This document shows positions 25,897 to 34,758 of a stretch of 44,586 nucleotides of DNA, one piece after another; positions within the stretch are counted from its first letter, which is position 1, and every line of letters starts with the position of its first letter. Source of the DNA: Gemmatimonadales bacterium. Its GTDB lineage: Bacteria > Gemmatimonadota > Gemmatimonadetes > Gemmatimonadales > GWC2-71-9. The position numbers were made by a program, and so were the translations under genes. The stretch spans positions 1-44,586 of the forward strand of contig DATFTG010000133.1 in assembly GCA_035262265.1 (NCBI GenBank), in the 5' to 3' direction. A model generated the notes under the pieces. The model was not told the DNA's origin. It worked only from the letters and a program-made list of their open reading frames with translations, and searched no databases.

Positions 25897-27369
25897 TCAC
25901 GTACCTCGTCCCCCTCCTCGTTCCCCGGTGTTGAGTCGCGGCAGGTCGGTCTCGCGGTCGTGCTCCTTGTGGAAAGGCAGGCGCGGAGCGCGGATCGGCA
26001 CGAGGTGGGCGATCGAGTTCGCGTAGTACTCGAGCAGCGGACGGCCGCGCGGCAGAATCACGTAGCTCGATCCGGTTTCGATGACGAGCCGCCGCAGCCG
26101 CAGCATGCGCCATGCTCGATCCCAGATCTCGCCGATGCGGGCGCCGCCGCGCACCACCTTGCCGTTGACTTCGAGCAGCCGGTCGCGCAGCACGTCCATC
26201 CGCTCGAGCACTTCGTCGCGCGACACCACCGTGCGCTGAAACGAAAGCAGAGCGGCTGCCGCCAACGGCACCGGCGTGACGGGGATGATCGCACCGATGC
26301 GGTTCATCATCTCCAGCGCGAGGCGCTCCAGCTCGGGGAGGCGGCGTTCCTTCGGCCAGGTCAGCACGCCGGGCGGCGCGGTGGCGAGCCAGCTGCGCAG
26401 CGAGAGCGGGGTGCCGAAGTTCACCGCCACCCGGCCGTAGCGCCGCAGCCGCCCCGTGACGAGCCGCAGGGTGTTGCCCACCAGGTAGGACACGACGGTC
26501 GTGAGCTGGGCCAGCCGGCCAGGGCGGTCCTGTGGATCGACCAGCTCGCGAATCAGAGAGCGGTCTTCCAGCACCCGATCGTAATTGAGAGCCACGGGGA
26601 CGAGCCAGATGTCGCGCTGGAACGCCGGATCGATCAGGGCGCGGCAGATGTAGTCGAGCAGGCCGAGCTTGGGGGGGCGCAGCGCGCCGTCGCGCGTGAG
26701 CCCCCCTTCGGGGAAGATCCCCTGGGTCACCCCGTTCGTCGTGATCAGCTGCACGTACCGCTCGAGCACGGCGTGATACAGCGGCTCACGAAACCGGCGC
26801 CGGATGAAGTACGCCCCGAACGATTTGAACACGTACTCGAGCGGCCAGGCCCGGGCCCACTCTCCCACCGCGTAGCTCACGTGTGTGCCGCGGGCGAGGA
26901 CATAGGCGACCATGATGTAATCGGCGTTGGAGCGGTGATTCATCAGGTAGACCACCACGTCCTGTTTGGGAATGCGCGCGAGGGCCGCCTCGTCCTGGTG
27001 GTCGACACTCACCTTGTACAACAGGTGGATCAGGATCTTGGCCGAGTTGTAGCCGAGCTTGTAGTAGGTGAGGACGTTCAGGTGGGGGACGATCTCGTCG
27101 ATGTAGCGCGTGACGAGGCGCCACACTTGTGCCTCAGGCCGTCCGTGATCGCGGGCGTGCTGCTGCACCGCTGCTCCGACGACGGGGTCCTCGAGCAACG
27201 TTTCCTTCACGCGGCGCCGCTGTTGCAGGTGGTAGCGGGCGAGGCGGGTGCGGAACCGCAGCACGGAAGCGCGGCCCGCGTGGCGGAGCCGGTTGCGTGC
27301 CAGGTAGACGACCGCGGTCGCTACGCCGAGCCCCACTCCAAGAGCGATGGCCCAGTCGCGAGCGGTCAC
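25897..27369 (-). CDS. GPAT/PlsC-superfamily glycerolipid acyltransferase with an N-terminal TM anchor
   Basis: H-x4-D block NHRSNAD. FPEGGLTRDG block. Start set at the GTG that overlaps the upstream stop (GTGA); the 116 aa upstream in the track ORF overlap the peptidase gene and are Arg/Pro junk. Confidence 0.8.
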   Translation of the reverse strand: MTARDWAIALGVGLGVATAVVYLARNRLRHAGRASVLRFRTRLARYHLQQRRRVKETLLEDPVVGAAVQQHARDHGRPEAQVWRLVTRYIDEIVPHLNVLTYYKLGYNSAKILIHLLYKVSVDHQDEAALARIPKQDVVVYLMNHRSNADYIMVAYVLARGTHVSYAVGEWARAWPLEYVFKSFGAYFIRRRFREPLYHAVLERYVQLITTNGVTQGIFPEGGLTRDGALRPPKLGLLDYICRALIDPAFQRDIWLVPVALNYDRVLEDRSLIRELVDPQDRPGRLAQLTTVVSYLVGNTLRLVTGRLRRYGRVAVNFGTPLSLRSWLATAPPGVLTWPKERRLPELERLALEMMNRIGAIIPVTPVPLAAAALLSFQRTVVSRDEVLERMDVLRDRLLEVNGKVVRGGARIGEIWDRAWRMLRLRRLVIETGSSYVILPRGRPLLEYYANSIAHLVPIRAPRLPFHKEHDRETDLPRLNTGERGGGRGT

Positions 27370-28406
27370 GCGGCCGGAAACTGTCCTTCGGCTTTGAGTC
27401 GCTGGTAGGCCATGCCCTTGAGCCGGGCGATCCGGGCGGCCATCGGCGGGTGGGTCGCGAACAGGTCGGACAGCCCGCCCTCGCGCAGGTTGGCGCGGCG
27501 TCCCAGCGGGTCGGCGATGCACAGATGGGCGGCGCCGCGCTTGATCGAAGTGGTGGGAGCGTCTGCGGCTTCGATCTTGGTCAGCGCGCTCGCCAGCGCC
27601 ATGGGATTGCGGGTGAACTGGGCGCCCATCGCATCGGCCAGGTATTCGCGCTTGCGGCTCACGGCCATCGCGAGGAACTGCGCGATGATCGGGGCGAGAA
27701 TCCAGGAGATCACCCACAGCACCAGGACGACGATGACGACAACGCCGCCTCCCTTGCCCTTCCCGCCGCCGCGCGAGCCGCCGCCACCCCCGCTGCGGCC
27801 GCCCGAGGCGAGCAGCCGGCCCACCCCGTCGTGCATCAGCGCCACGGCGCCGACCAGCGCAGCGAGCGTGGTCATGAGCCGTACATCGAGGTTCTTCACG
27901 TGTCCCAGCTCGTGCGCCACCACCGCCTGCAGCTCATCGCGGCTGCAGATGTCGAGTAACCCTTGCGTCACGGCGATGTGGGAACGCGACTGGTCGAGAC
28001 CCGTCGCGAAGGCGTTCGGGTCGGGATCGGGGACGATCCAGATGTCCGGGCGCGAGATCCCCGCCGCTATCGCCATTTCCTCGACGACGTTGACGAGCTG
28101 GCGCTCCTTGTCGGTCTGCGGGTTCTCGAGTTTCACCGCACCGGTGGACCACAGCACCTTGTTCGGCCCGGTGGAGAACCCGTACCAGGCGATCCCCGCG
28201 CCGATCGCCGTCATGATCAGCCCGAACCAGGGGAAGGTGTGGTGATACGTGTCCGGGGGGGCGTCGGACGTGGCGAGCCAGTAGGCGAAGTCGCCGCCGA
28301 ACCCGAGCCAGGCGAAGAACAGGACGAAGGCGATCACCAGCCAGACGGTGCGCCGGCGGTTCGCCTCCTGCTGCTGAAAAAGGTTGAGCCCGGTGTCGTC
28401 CGTCAC
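27366..28406 (-). CDS. M48-family (HtpX-like) zinc metallopeptidase
   Basis: HELGH zinc motif (VVAHELGHVKN). Four TM helices. Gly-rich linker. C-terminal THPPMAARI. Confidence 0.9.
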   Translation of the reverse strand: MTDDTGLNLFQQQEANRRRTVWLVIAFVLFFAWLGFGGDFAYWLATSDAPPDTYHHTFPWFGLIMTAIGAGIAWYGFSTGPNKVLWSTGAVKLENPQTDKERQLVNVVEEMAIAAGISRPDIWIVPDPDPNAFATGLDQSRSHIAVTQGLLDICSRDELQAVVAHELGHVKNLDVRLMTTLAALVGAVALMHDGVGRLLASGGRSGGGGGSRGGGKGKGGGVVVIVVLVLWVISWILAPIIAQFLAMAVSRKREYLADAMGAQFTRNPMALASALTKIEAADAPTTSIKRGAAHLCIADPLGRRANLREGGLSDLFATHPPMAARIARLKGMAYQRLKAEGQFPAA

Positions 28407-28990
28407 GCCTTGGGTTTCATGGAGAGATCGACCTGCGGCACCGCGCGCTCACCCTCGTCGGTGATCTCCCACAGCTCGGCGGGGGTCGCCTTGGCGATTC
28501 CGGCGAACAGGTTCGTGGGGAATTGCTGCTGCTTCGTGTTGTACTGCGTGGCGGTGTCGTTGTAGCCCTGCCGCGCGAAGCTGATGCGGTTTTCCGTGGA
28601 GGTGAGCTCCTCCTGCAGCTGTGCCACGTTGCCCGTCGCCTTGAGCTGCGGGTACTGCTCGACCACCACGTTGAAGCGCGACAGCGCTGCCGTGAGCTGG
28701 TTCTCCGCGGCCGCCACCGACTTCATCGCGTCAGGGCTGGCGTTGGCGCCCGCCGACACGGCCTGATTGCGGGCCTGGATCACCGCCTCGAGCGTCGACT
28801 TCTCGAAGTCCATCGCGCCCTTCACCGCGTTCACGAGGTTGGGAATCAGGTCGTGGCGGCGCTTCAGCTGAACGTCGATCTGCTTGAACGCATTGAGCGT
28901 CTGGTTCTTGAGACTGATGAGGCCGTTGTACGCGCCGACGCCGTACAGGACGACCACCCCGAGGATGATCAGCAGAATCACACCGCTCAT
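28403..28990 (-). CDS. LemA family membrane protein
   Basis: N-terminal TM segment plus YNGLISLKNQ...QLKRRHDLIPNLV...ERAVPQVD pattern. 4-nt overlap with the M48 gene. Confidence 0.9.
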   Translation of the reverse strand: MSGVILLIILGVVVLYGVGAYNGLISLKNQTLNAFKQIDVQLKRRHDLIPNLVNAVKGAMDFEKSTLEAVIQARNQAVSAGANASPDAMKSVAAAENQLTAALSRFNVVVEQYPQLKATGNVAQLQEELTSTENRISFARQGYNDTATQYNTKQQQFPTNLFAGIAKATPAELWEITDEGERAVPQVDLSMKPKA

Positions 28991-29019
28991 GAGTTACTCC
29001 CGGATGTGGAGAACGAGTA

Positions 29020-29670
29020 CTACGCGGGCCACTGCGGCAGGAGTTTCGCGAGCGCCTGGCGCACCATCTCCGCTACCCCGGCCTCTTCGGGGCCGAGCCG
29101 GGCAAGCGGGTGGTCCGTATCGAGGTGCAGCTCGACGCCGCGGGCGACGGGGATGCGCCGCCAGCTGGACGGCGCTCCCGGCTCGCGCTCGACGTCGCGC
29201 GACAGCCACGCGTTGATGGCACGGCCCGAGCGTCCCCGCGGCAGCCCCTCGCCGCCGCGCAGCGACAGCCGGTCGGGGGGCGGTAGCGCCGCTCCCAACG
29301 TTTGCGCTGCGCGCCGCTCGAGCACGTCGCCGGTCTGGTCTTCCATTTCCCGCGTGATCGCCGCCAGCGTGGCTCCCTCCATCTGGCGCAGCTTGATGCA
29401 CAGCAGCTGGAGGAAGTGGCGATACGTGTAGGTGGCCGCGGTGCCCCGGCCCTCGGGTGGCGCCACCAGCCCCCGCGCGACATAAAACCGGATGGTCCGT
29501 TGACTCGGCGTGGCCCGCGCAGCGGCATTGATCGGCGTGATGGCGGACGCCTGCAGCACGGCCCCCACGAGGATGGACAGGTCGTGCAGGTTCCACGGTG
29601 CGAGATTGCGGTACTCTCGCAGGGTATGGAGAGGGTCGCGCTGGGGCGCGGCGGTCATCGTTTTCAACAT
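29020..29670 (-). CDS. MerR-like helix-turn-helix protein
   Basis: SQRTIRFYVARGLVAPPEGRGTAATYTYRHFLQLLCIKLRQMEGATLAAI matches the MerR wing-HTH pattern. 29-nt gap to the LemA gene. Confidence 0.6.
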   Translation of the reverse strand: MLKTMTAAPQRDPLHTLREYRNLAPWNLHDLSILVGAVLQASAITPINAAARATPSQRTIRFYVARGLVAPPEGRGTAATYTYRHFLQLLCIKLRQMEGATLAAITREMEDQTGDVLERRAAQTLGAALPPPDRLSLRGGEGLPRGRSGRAINAWLSRDVEREPGAPSSWRRIPVARGVELHLDTDHPLARLGPEEAGVAEMVRQALAKLLPQWPA

Positions 29671-29789
29671 AGCGCACCCCCGGCTGGCGGGTTAGACCAG
29701 GGGCGCAAGCGGTGCGGCGGCGCGTCGTTTCGCTCCGTCGCGCGCGTTTTCGATGATGCTCGCGCCGGCCCCCGGCGTACACTTGTGCC

Positions 29790-30218
29790 GTGCGTCGCGG
29801 TTTCACCCTGACCGAGATGGTCGTCGTCCTCGCCGTCATGGCACTGCTCACGACGATCGTCGTGTCGCGGCTCGTTCCGCTGGTCGACTGGATCGCCGCG
29901 GATGGGGCGGCACGCGACATGACCACGGCACTGGCGGTCACGCGGACTGCCGCCGTCCTACGCGGCGTGCGCGCGCGATTGCGCATCGCCGCCGATTCAT
30001 TGCGCATCGACCGCGAGGGAGCGGCCGGATGGGAACCGTACGCGCGCTGGGCCGGTCCGGCGTCGGCCGGCGTCTCGCTCACCGTCTCCAACCCGGAAGT
30101 CGTCTTCAGCCCGCTCGGAATTGCCTGGGGACTCGGCAATACGCGGATCGTGCTGCGCCGTGGGTCCCAGGTTGAAACCATTACGACGTCGCGACTTGGG
30201 CGCGTGCGGCGCTTCTGA
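29790..30218 (+). CDS. prepilin-type N-terminal methylation-domain protein (GspH/FimT-like pseudopilin)
   Basis: MRRG|FTLTEMVVVLAV class-III signal followed by a hydrophobic helix. Confidence 0.75.
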   Translation: MRRGFTLTEMVVVLAVMALLTTIVVSRLVPLVDWIAADGAARDMTTALAVTRTAAVLRGVRARLRIAADSLRIDREGAAGWEPYARWAGPASAGVSLTVSNPEVVFSPLGIAWGLGNTRIVLRRGSQVETITTSRLGRVRRF

Positions 30219-30390
30219 GGCGGGGCGTGCAACGCTTTGGCGGATCCGTGCATCAAACTGGGTGCGGCGGTGATACAGCGGTTCTGCAACAATTTCGCCG
30301 CCGGCTGCGTAGGGTAGGACGCCAAGCAAGCGATGCGCTGGAACAAGAGGTCGCGGCCGAAGTGTGACGGCCACTTCGCCCGACCCGCCA

Positions 30391-30425
30391 ACCCGGGGTG
30401 CGCAAGCCCCCGGGTTTGGTCTTTT
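30391..30425 (+). terminator. hairpin plus T-tract between convergent genes
   Basis: ACCCGGGG-tgcgcaag-CCCCGGGT followed by TTGGTCTTTT. Confidence 0.5.
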
Positions 30426-31480
30426 CAGGAGCCGGGAGCGTCCCCGCCGTCGAGAAAGACGAGCGATCGCCGCCGCCGGACCACTTCGGCGAGCGATGCG
30501 TAGACATGCGGGTCGAGGGCCGTTCCCACGAGCTCGCCCATCCGTTGCACCGCCTCATACGGCGACATCTTTTCCTGATACGGCCGGCTGGTGCACAGCG
30601 CGTCGTAGATCTCCGCAGCGCCGATGATGCGTCCGAGCAGCGGGATCTCCTCCCCCTTGAGTCCGTCGGGATACCCCGAGCCGTCCCACCGCTCATGGTG
30701 ATTGCGGATGCCGCCCAGCACCGGACGCAGCTCGTCGATCGGGGCCAGCAGCTGAGAACCGATGATCACGTGCTGTTTGATGTGCTCGTTCTCTTCCGGC
30801 GTCAGCGGCCCCTGCTTGTTGAGGACGCCCTCGCGCGTGCCGATCTTGCCGATGTCGTGCAGGCGTCCGGCGAGCCGCGCAGCCTCGACGACATCGTCCG
30901 CCAGACCGAGGTGAGCCGCGATCGTCGCGGTGAGATCGGCTACGCGGGCCGAATGACCGCGCAAGTAGGGATCGCGCGCCTCCATGACGTTCACCAGCGC
31001 CTCGAGGGTCGCCACGGTCAGGCGTGCGGCCTTGGCCCGTTCCCGCCCCAGCGCCTCCTTGGCGCGTTGGTCGATCTCACGCGTCGCGCGCCGCTCCTCG
31101 CGGCGCCGCAGCGCGCCCTGGACGGCGCGCGCCAGGTCGTCGAGGTCGAGCGGCTTCGTCAGGTAGTCCATGGCGCCGCGTTGCATGCAGAGCGCGGCAG
31201 TCGTGGCGTCGTTCACCGCCGAGAGCATCACCACCGCGAGGTCGGGATCGAGCGCCAGGGCCTGCGGCACGAGATCGATGCCGCTCATCCCCGGCATGCG
31301 GATATCGGCGAGCATCAGCGCGACGGGATTGGCCCGCAGCACGTCGAGCGCTTCCGCTCCCGACGCGGCGGTGAGCGTGGGCAGCTCGAGTCCTTTGAGG
31401 AACCGTTGCAGCGCGTGGCGCATCGGCTCCTCGTCGTCGACGATCAACACCGCCGTGGGGCGCACGGGGTGACCTGACAC
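30425..31480 (-). CDS. response regulator: receiver domain plus HD-GYP (c-di-GMP phosphodiesterase type), copy 1
   Basis: VLIVDDEE...LADIRMPGMSG...LTKP receiver. HSARVA...LHDIGK...HHERWDGSGYPDG HD-GYP. Start set at the GTG overlapping the upstream TAG. Confidence 0.9.
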   Translation of the reverse strand: MSGHPVRPTAVLIVDDEEPMRHALQRFLKGLELPTLTAASGAEALDVLRANPVALMLADIRMPGMSGIDLVPQALALDPDLAVVMLSAVNDATTAALCMQRGAMDYLTKPLDLDDLARAVQGALRRREERRATREIDQRAKEALGRERAKAARLTVATLEALVNVMEARDPYLRGHSARVADLTATIAAHLGLADDVVEAARLAGRLHDIGKIGTREGVLNKQGPLTPEENEHIKQHVIIGSQLLAPIDELRPVLGGIRNHHERWDGSGYPDGLKGEEIPLLGRIIGAAEIYDALCTSRPYQEKMSPYEAVQRMGELVGTALDPHVYASLAEVVRRRRSLVFLDGGDAPGS

Positions 31481-32334
31481 TAGGCCGCCACGAACTGCAG
31501 GGGCACTGGGCCAGGCACGATCCCGGCACGGTGGCCGCGCTCGAGCAGCTCCCGGACCGCCCGCCGTCCGCGCTCGCCGTAGTCCACGGTGTAGTCGTTG
31601 ACGTACATCCCGACGAACCGGTCGGTCTTCGCGGGATCGAGACCGCGGCTGTACGACTGCGCGTGGGCCAGCGCTTCGGCGCGATGCGCGAGACCGTACT
31701 CGATACTGGCTTTCAGGTCGCGCGCAACGGCGACGAGCATGGCGTCCCCGAGGTCGCGGCGCGCGACGTTGCCGCCGAGCGGCAACGGCAATCCCGTTTC
31801 GTCGTCCCACCAAACGCCCAGGTCGACCCACAGTGCGAGGCCCCGATCGGCGTAGGTCAGCTGGCCTTCATGAATGAGCAGCCCGGCGTCGGCGCGTCCC
31901 GCCGCGACATAGTCCTCGATCTGATCGAACGGCACAACGACGGTGCGTGCCGCCGGCTGGTAGAGCCGCAGCGCGAGGAAGGCGGTGGTGAGCTCCCCGG
32001 GCACGGCGACGGTCCGCCCGGCGAGGGCGGCGCGCGGATCGTCCGGCGCGCGTTGGCGCGCGACGATGCGGGGGCCGTAGCGGTCGCCGATGCTGGCGCC
32101 GTGGGCGAGCAGGGCGTAGCGGTCGGCGAGGTAGGCGTAGGCGTGGATCGAAACGGCGGTGACTTCGAGCTCTCCCGCGAGCGCGCGGCGGTTCAGCGTC
32201 TCGATGTCGGCGAGCTCGTGTACGTAGCGGCGGCCGCCGGTGTCGATGCGTCCGGCTGCCAGGGCCCAGAACATGAACGCGTCGTCCGAGTCGGGGCTGT
32301 GGGCGACGCGGATGACCTGTTCCGCCCCCGTCAC
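31480..32334 (-). CDS. MqnA/MqnD-family (PF02621-type, periplasmic-binding-protein fold) protein, MqnD-like
   Basis: VAHSPDSDDAFMFWALAAGRI...DIETLNRRALAGELEVTAVSIHAY resembles the MqnD pattern SPCPNDTFIFYAL...DIE-LN. Confidence 0.75.
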   Translation of the reverse strand: MTGAEQVIRVAHSPDSDDAFMFWALAAGRIDTGGRRYVHELADIETLNRRALAGELEVTAVSIHAYAYLADRYALLAHGASIGDRYGPRIVARQRAPDDPRAALAGRTVAVPGELTTAFLALRLYQPAARTVVVPFDQIEDYVAAGRADAGLLIHEGQLTYADRGLALWVDLGVWWDDETGLPLPLGGNVARRDLGDAMLVAVARDLKASIEYGLAHRAEALAHAQSYSRGLDPAKTDRFVGMYVNDYTVDYGERGRRAVRELLERGHRAGIVPGPVPLQFVAA

Positions 32335-33134
32335 GATGCTTCGGATTCGGCGATCGCGCGCGGCAGGGTGGTGAAGCGGCGTGCGACGAGCTGCAGGGCC
32401 GCCTCCGGCGTCAGCGACAGGCGCATCTCGCCCGCCGTGAGGCCGAGGTAGAAGCGGGCGTGCTGCTGCAGGGTGCGCACCTGGGAGTACCCGAGCCGCT
32501 TCGCGACGTCCTCGACGGTGAAGCCGGGATCCTGCAACAGGCGGTGCGCGTACAGGACGCGCGCGGCCGCGAGAAAGTGGCGCGGGGAGGGCATCCCCGC
32601 GCGCATGAACCAGCGCTCACAGGTGCGGCGTCCCACGCCAGCCGAAGCGGCGAGCTGCTCGACCGTCTGGACTCCCTCCGGAGCGCGCAGGGCCCCTTCG
32701 AGCAGCCAGCGGATCTCGGGGCGCATCTGGGCGAACGTCGCGGAGATCTGCTCCAGCAGCTGTTGCGAGCAGGCGCGCGCCTGCTCGCGCTCCAGCACGG
32801 CGCGCAACCCGTCGGGATGATCGTCGAGCCTGCAGAACACGACGTCCTGCACGCCCTGACGGCCGAGCGCGAGCAGCACCGGGGCGAGCGCAGGTGTGAA
32901 GGTCGTGTACAACAGCACGGGCAGGGAGGGGAACAACAGTCGCAGCCGCTCGATCTCCTGGCTGCGCGGCTCTCCTGACAACATCGGATCGACGACGGCG
33001 AGCTCGATCGGCTGACGGCAGATGAGATCGACGACGTCGCCCCACGCTCCTGCCGGTACAAACCCGAAACGCGCTCCCGCCGCGCGACGCAGGCGGAGCA
33101 CTTGGATCTCGGGAACGGCAGCCAGAACGAGCAT
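32331..33134 (-). CDS. AraC-family transcriptional regulator with a degenerate receiver-like N-terminal domain
   Basis: C-terminal double HTH (RRTCERWFMRAGMPSPRHFL...VEDVAKRLGYSQVRTLQQHARFYLG). The N-terminus resembles a receiver (LAVVDPML, LLYTT) but lacks the acidic pair. Confidence 0.8.
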   Translation of the reverse strand: MLVLAAVPEIQVLRLRRAAGARFGFVPAGAWGDVVDLICRQPIELAVVDPMLSGEPRSQEIERLRLLFPSLPVLLYTTFTPALAPVLLALGRQGVQDVVFCRLDDHPDGLRAVLEREQARACSQQLLEQISATFAQMRPEIRWLLEGALRAPEGVQTVEQLAASAGVGRRTCERWFMRAGMPSPRHFLAAARVLYAHRLLQDPGFTVEDVAKRLGYSQVRTLQQHARFYLGLTAGEMRLSLTPEAALQLVARRFTTLPRAIAESEAS

Positions 33135-33137
33135 CAG

Positions 33138-33166
33138 TGTCGCAGGAACAACCTAGGTTGTCGCAA
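33138..33166. promoter_or_regulatory. operator-like element: 14-bp perfect palindrome ACAACCTAGGTTGT flanked by direct TGTCGCA repeats
   Basis: Read directly, in the divergent gap between the AraC gene and the small lipoprotein ORF. Confidence 0.3.
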
Positions 33167-33253
33167 ATCCGACCTCAAAAACCTCGCCAGCCCCGCTCAA
33201 TATGAGCCTCAGCCGCACTGCTGTCTACTCTCTCTCACACCGCTGGAGGCTCT

Positions 33254-33403
33254 ATGTCGCGCCGGATTTCAACTCTCGTCGCGCTCGTCGTGGTGGGGAT
33301 TCTGCTGGGTGCATCGGCTTGTTCATCCAGTGCCACCGGCCCGGCCCCGGTCAGGGCGGACCAGACCTGCGACTTTCAGAGCGGCAGCACTTGCCATCAC
33401 TAG
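33254..33403 (+). CDS. 49-aa Cys/His-containing lipoprotein (not in the ORF track)
   Basis: GGAGG SD 4 nt before the ATG. MSRRISTLVALVVVGILLGASAC|SSSATGPAPVRADQTCDFQSGSTCHH*, with a signal peptide and lipobox. Confidence 0.45.
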   Translation: MSRRISTLVALVVVGILLGASACSSSATGPAPVRADQTCDFQSGSTCHH

Positions 33404-33411
33404 CCGATCGA

Positions 33412-34674
33412 TCAGTGGGCGAGACCCGCCAGGGCGCGCGACACCTCGTCGAGGGTCGCCGCCCAGGCTGGGGCATCTCCGAGGTCTTCACCCTCCAGCA
33501 GTGTCGTGTCACACGCACTCAGTCCCGCCGCAATTCGTTCGATCCGGAATTCGAATTCGTGCAGACCATGACTGCGGGCGACCTGTAGCGCCTGCTTCAG
33601 CTCGATCGCGCCACGATCCAGGTGGCCGAAGCGTGCCAGCCCGATTCCGAGCTTGAGATGAAAATCCGCAACTTGGTTGGGGTGCATGCGTGCCAAGGCG
33701 CGGCCGCACTCGGCGCTCCACCGAGCGAAGCCGACACGATCCCGACGGAACGACGCGCAGTGCATCAGCTCGATCAACGCGTTGTTCGCGAGCTCGACGC
33801 GCTGGGCCCGCTTGAGAGTGAACCGAAAGGCGTGCTCGGCGGCTTCCACCGCCCCCAACCGCCCTAACGAGTAGCCGAGATTGTACAGCGCACCGAGCGC
33901 TTCTTCCGGATCGCTCTCCGAAAGCTTGAAGGCTCTCCAGAAATGCAGAAGAGAATCGGGCGTCTGCCCACGGTATCCCAGCACGATGCCAATGCCGTTC
34001 TCAACCTGTGATTCCAGACCGGTATCGTGCAGCGCGCGCGCCTCACTCAGCAGGTCGAAATACTCCCTCTCTGCCACCGCGAGGTTCCCTTTCGAGACCA
34101 ACACGTTGGCGCACCCCAGGCGGGAGAAGGCCACCATACGACGATCGCCGGTGGCCGTGGCCAACGAACCGGCACGCCGGTAGGCCACCTCCGCCTCGTC
34201 GAATCGCGCCGCCAGGCGCATGGCGCGCCCGGTGAGCATGGCGACGGTGATCGCCGCGGAGGGTTCTATCCGCTCGCCCACATTCCGCTCGAAGGTCGCC
34301 AGTACGTCGAGCGCTTCCTCGAAGTGGCTGGCGCTGATCAGGTCCCGGGTCAGATCGAACATCACCGGAGCGATGAGGCCGGGATTCTGACTGCGGTGTG
34401 CGTAGGAGGCGCTGCTGACGAGGTCCAGGAGGCGGTCCGTCTGCGGTCCCGGCTCGAGCTGTTCGTGGCAGTATCGGCCAGTCGCAGCCGCCTGGTACCC
34501 GAAGAGGTCATCCCCATGCGTCGCCGTCTGGCTGGCGCCGAGCAGGTCGACGAGCCGCAACACAAGAAACGCCGCTTGTCCGAACCGGCTCTGGGCAGAA
34601 TCGAGCTCGCGGGCTGCGCGTTCGAGAAACACGACGTGCGACAACCCGGGCGCCATCGACTGCACGTCCACCAT
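33412..34674 (-). CDS. cytoplasmic TPR-repeat protein
   Basis: Repeated TPR-like units (ALYNLGYSLGRLGAVEAAEHAFRFTL and others). 84 nt downstream of HD-GYP copy 2. Confidence 0.65.
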   Translation of the reverse strand: MVDVQSMAPGLSHVVFLERAARELDSAQSRFGQAAFLVLRLVDLLGASQTATHGDDLFGYQAAATGRYCHEQLEPGPQTDRLLDLVSSASYAHRSQNPGLIAPVMFDLTRDLISASHFEEALDVLATFERNVGERIEPSAAITVAMLTGRAMRLAARFDEAEVAYRRAGSLATATGDRRMVAFSRLGCANVLVSKGNLAVAEREYFDLLSEARALHDTGLESQVENGIGIVLGYRGQTPDSLLHFWRAFKLSESDPEEALGALYNLGYSLGRLGAVEAAEHAFRFTLKRAQRVELANNALIELMHCASFRRDRVGFARWSAECGRALARMHPNQVADFHLKLGIGLARFGHLDRGAIELKQALQVARSHGLHEFEFRIERIAAGLSACDTTLLEGEDLGDAPAWAATLDEVSRALAGLAH

Positions 34675-34758
34675 CAGCTGCGTCCCCTCCGGAGGTCCGT
34701 CAACTTTGGGTACACCAAACGCCGGGTCAATACCGGCAATCGACGTGCCAGTGGGGAT

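Noticed and set aside
25960-27408. 482-aa plus-strand ORF
   Set aside because: Antisense to the acyltransferase gene, which carries the H-x4-D and FPEGG blocks. The ORF's composition is not protein-like.
27370-27717. 116-aa N-terminal extension of the acyltransferase ORF, and the analogous extension 31481..31831 of HD-GYP copy 1
   Set aside because: Both extensions overlap the upstream real genes in another frame and are Arg/Pro-rich. In-frame GTG codons that overlap the upstream stop codons give sensible N-termini.
28994-30391. 465-aa minus-strand ORF
   Set aside because: Extremely Arg/Ala/Pro-rich. It runs across the MerR-like gene in another frame and antisense to the pseudopilin gene. 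No motifs or SD were found.
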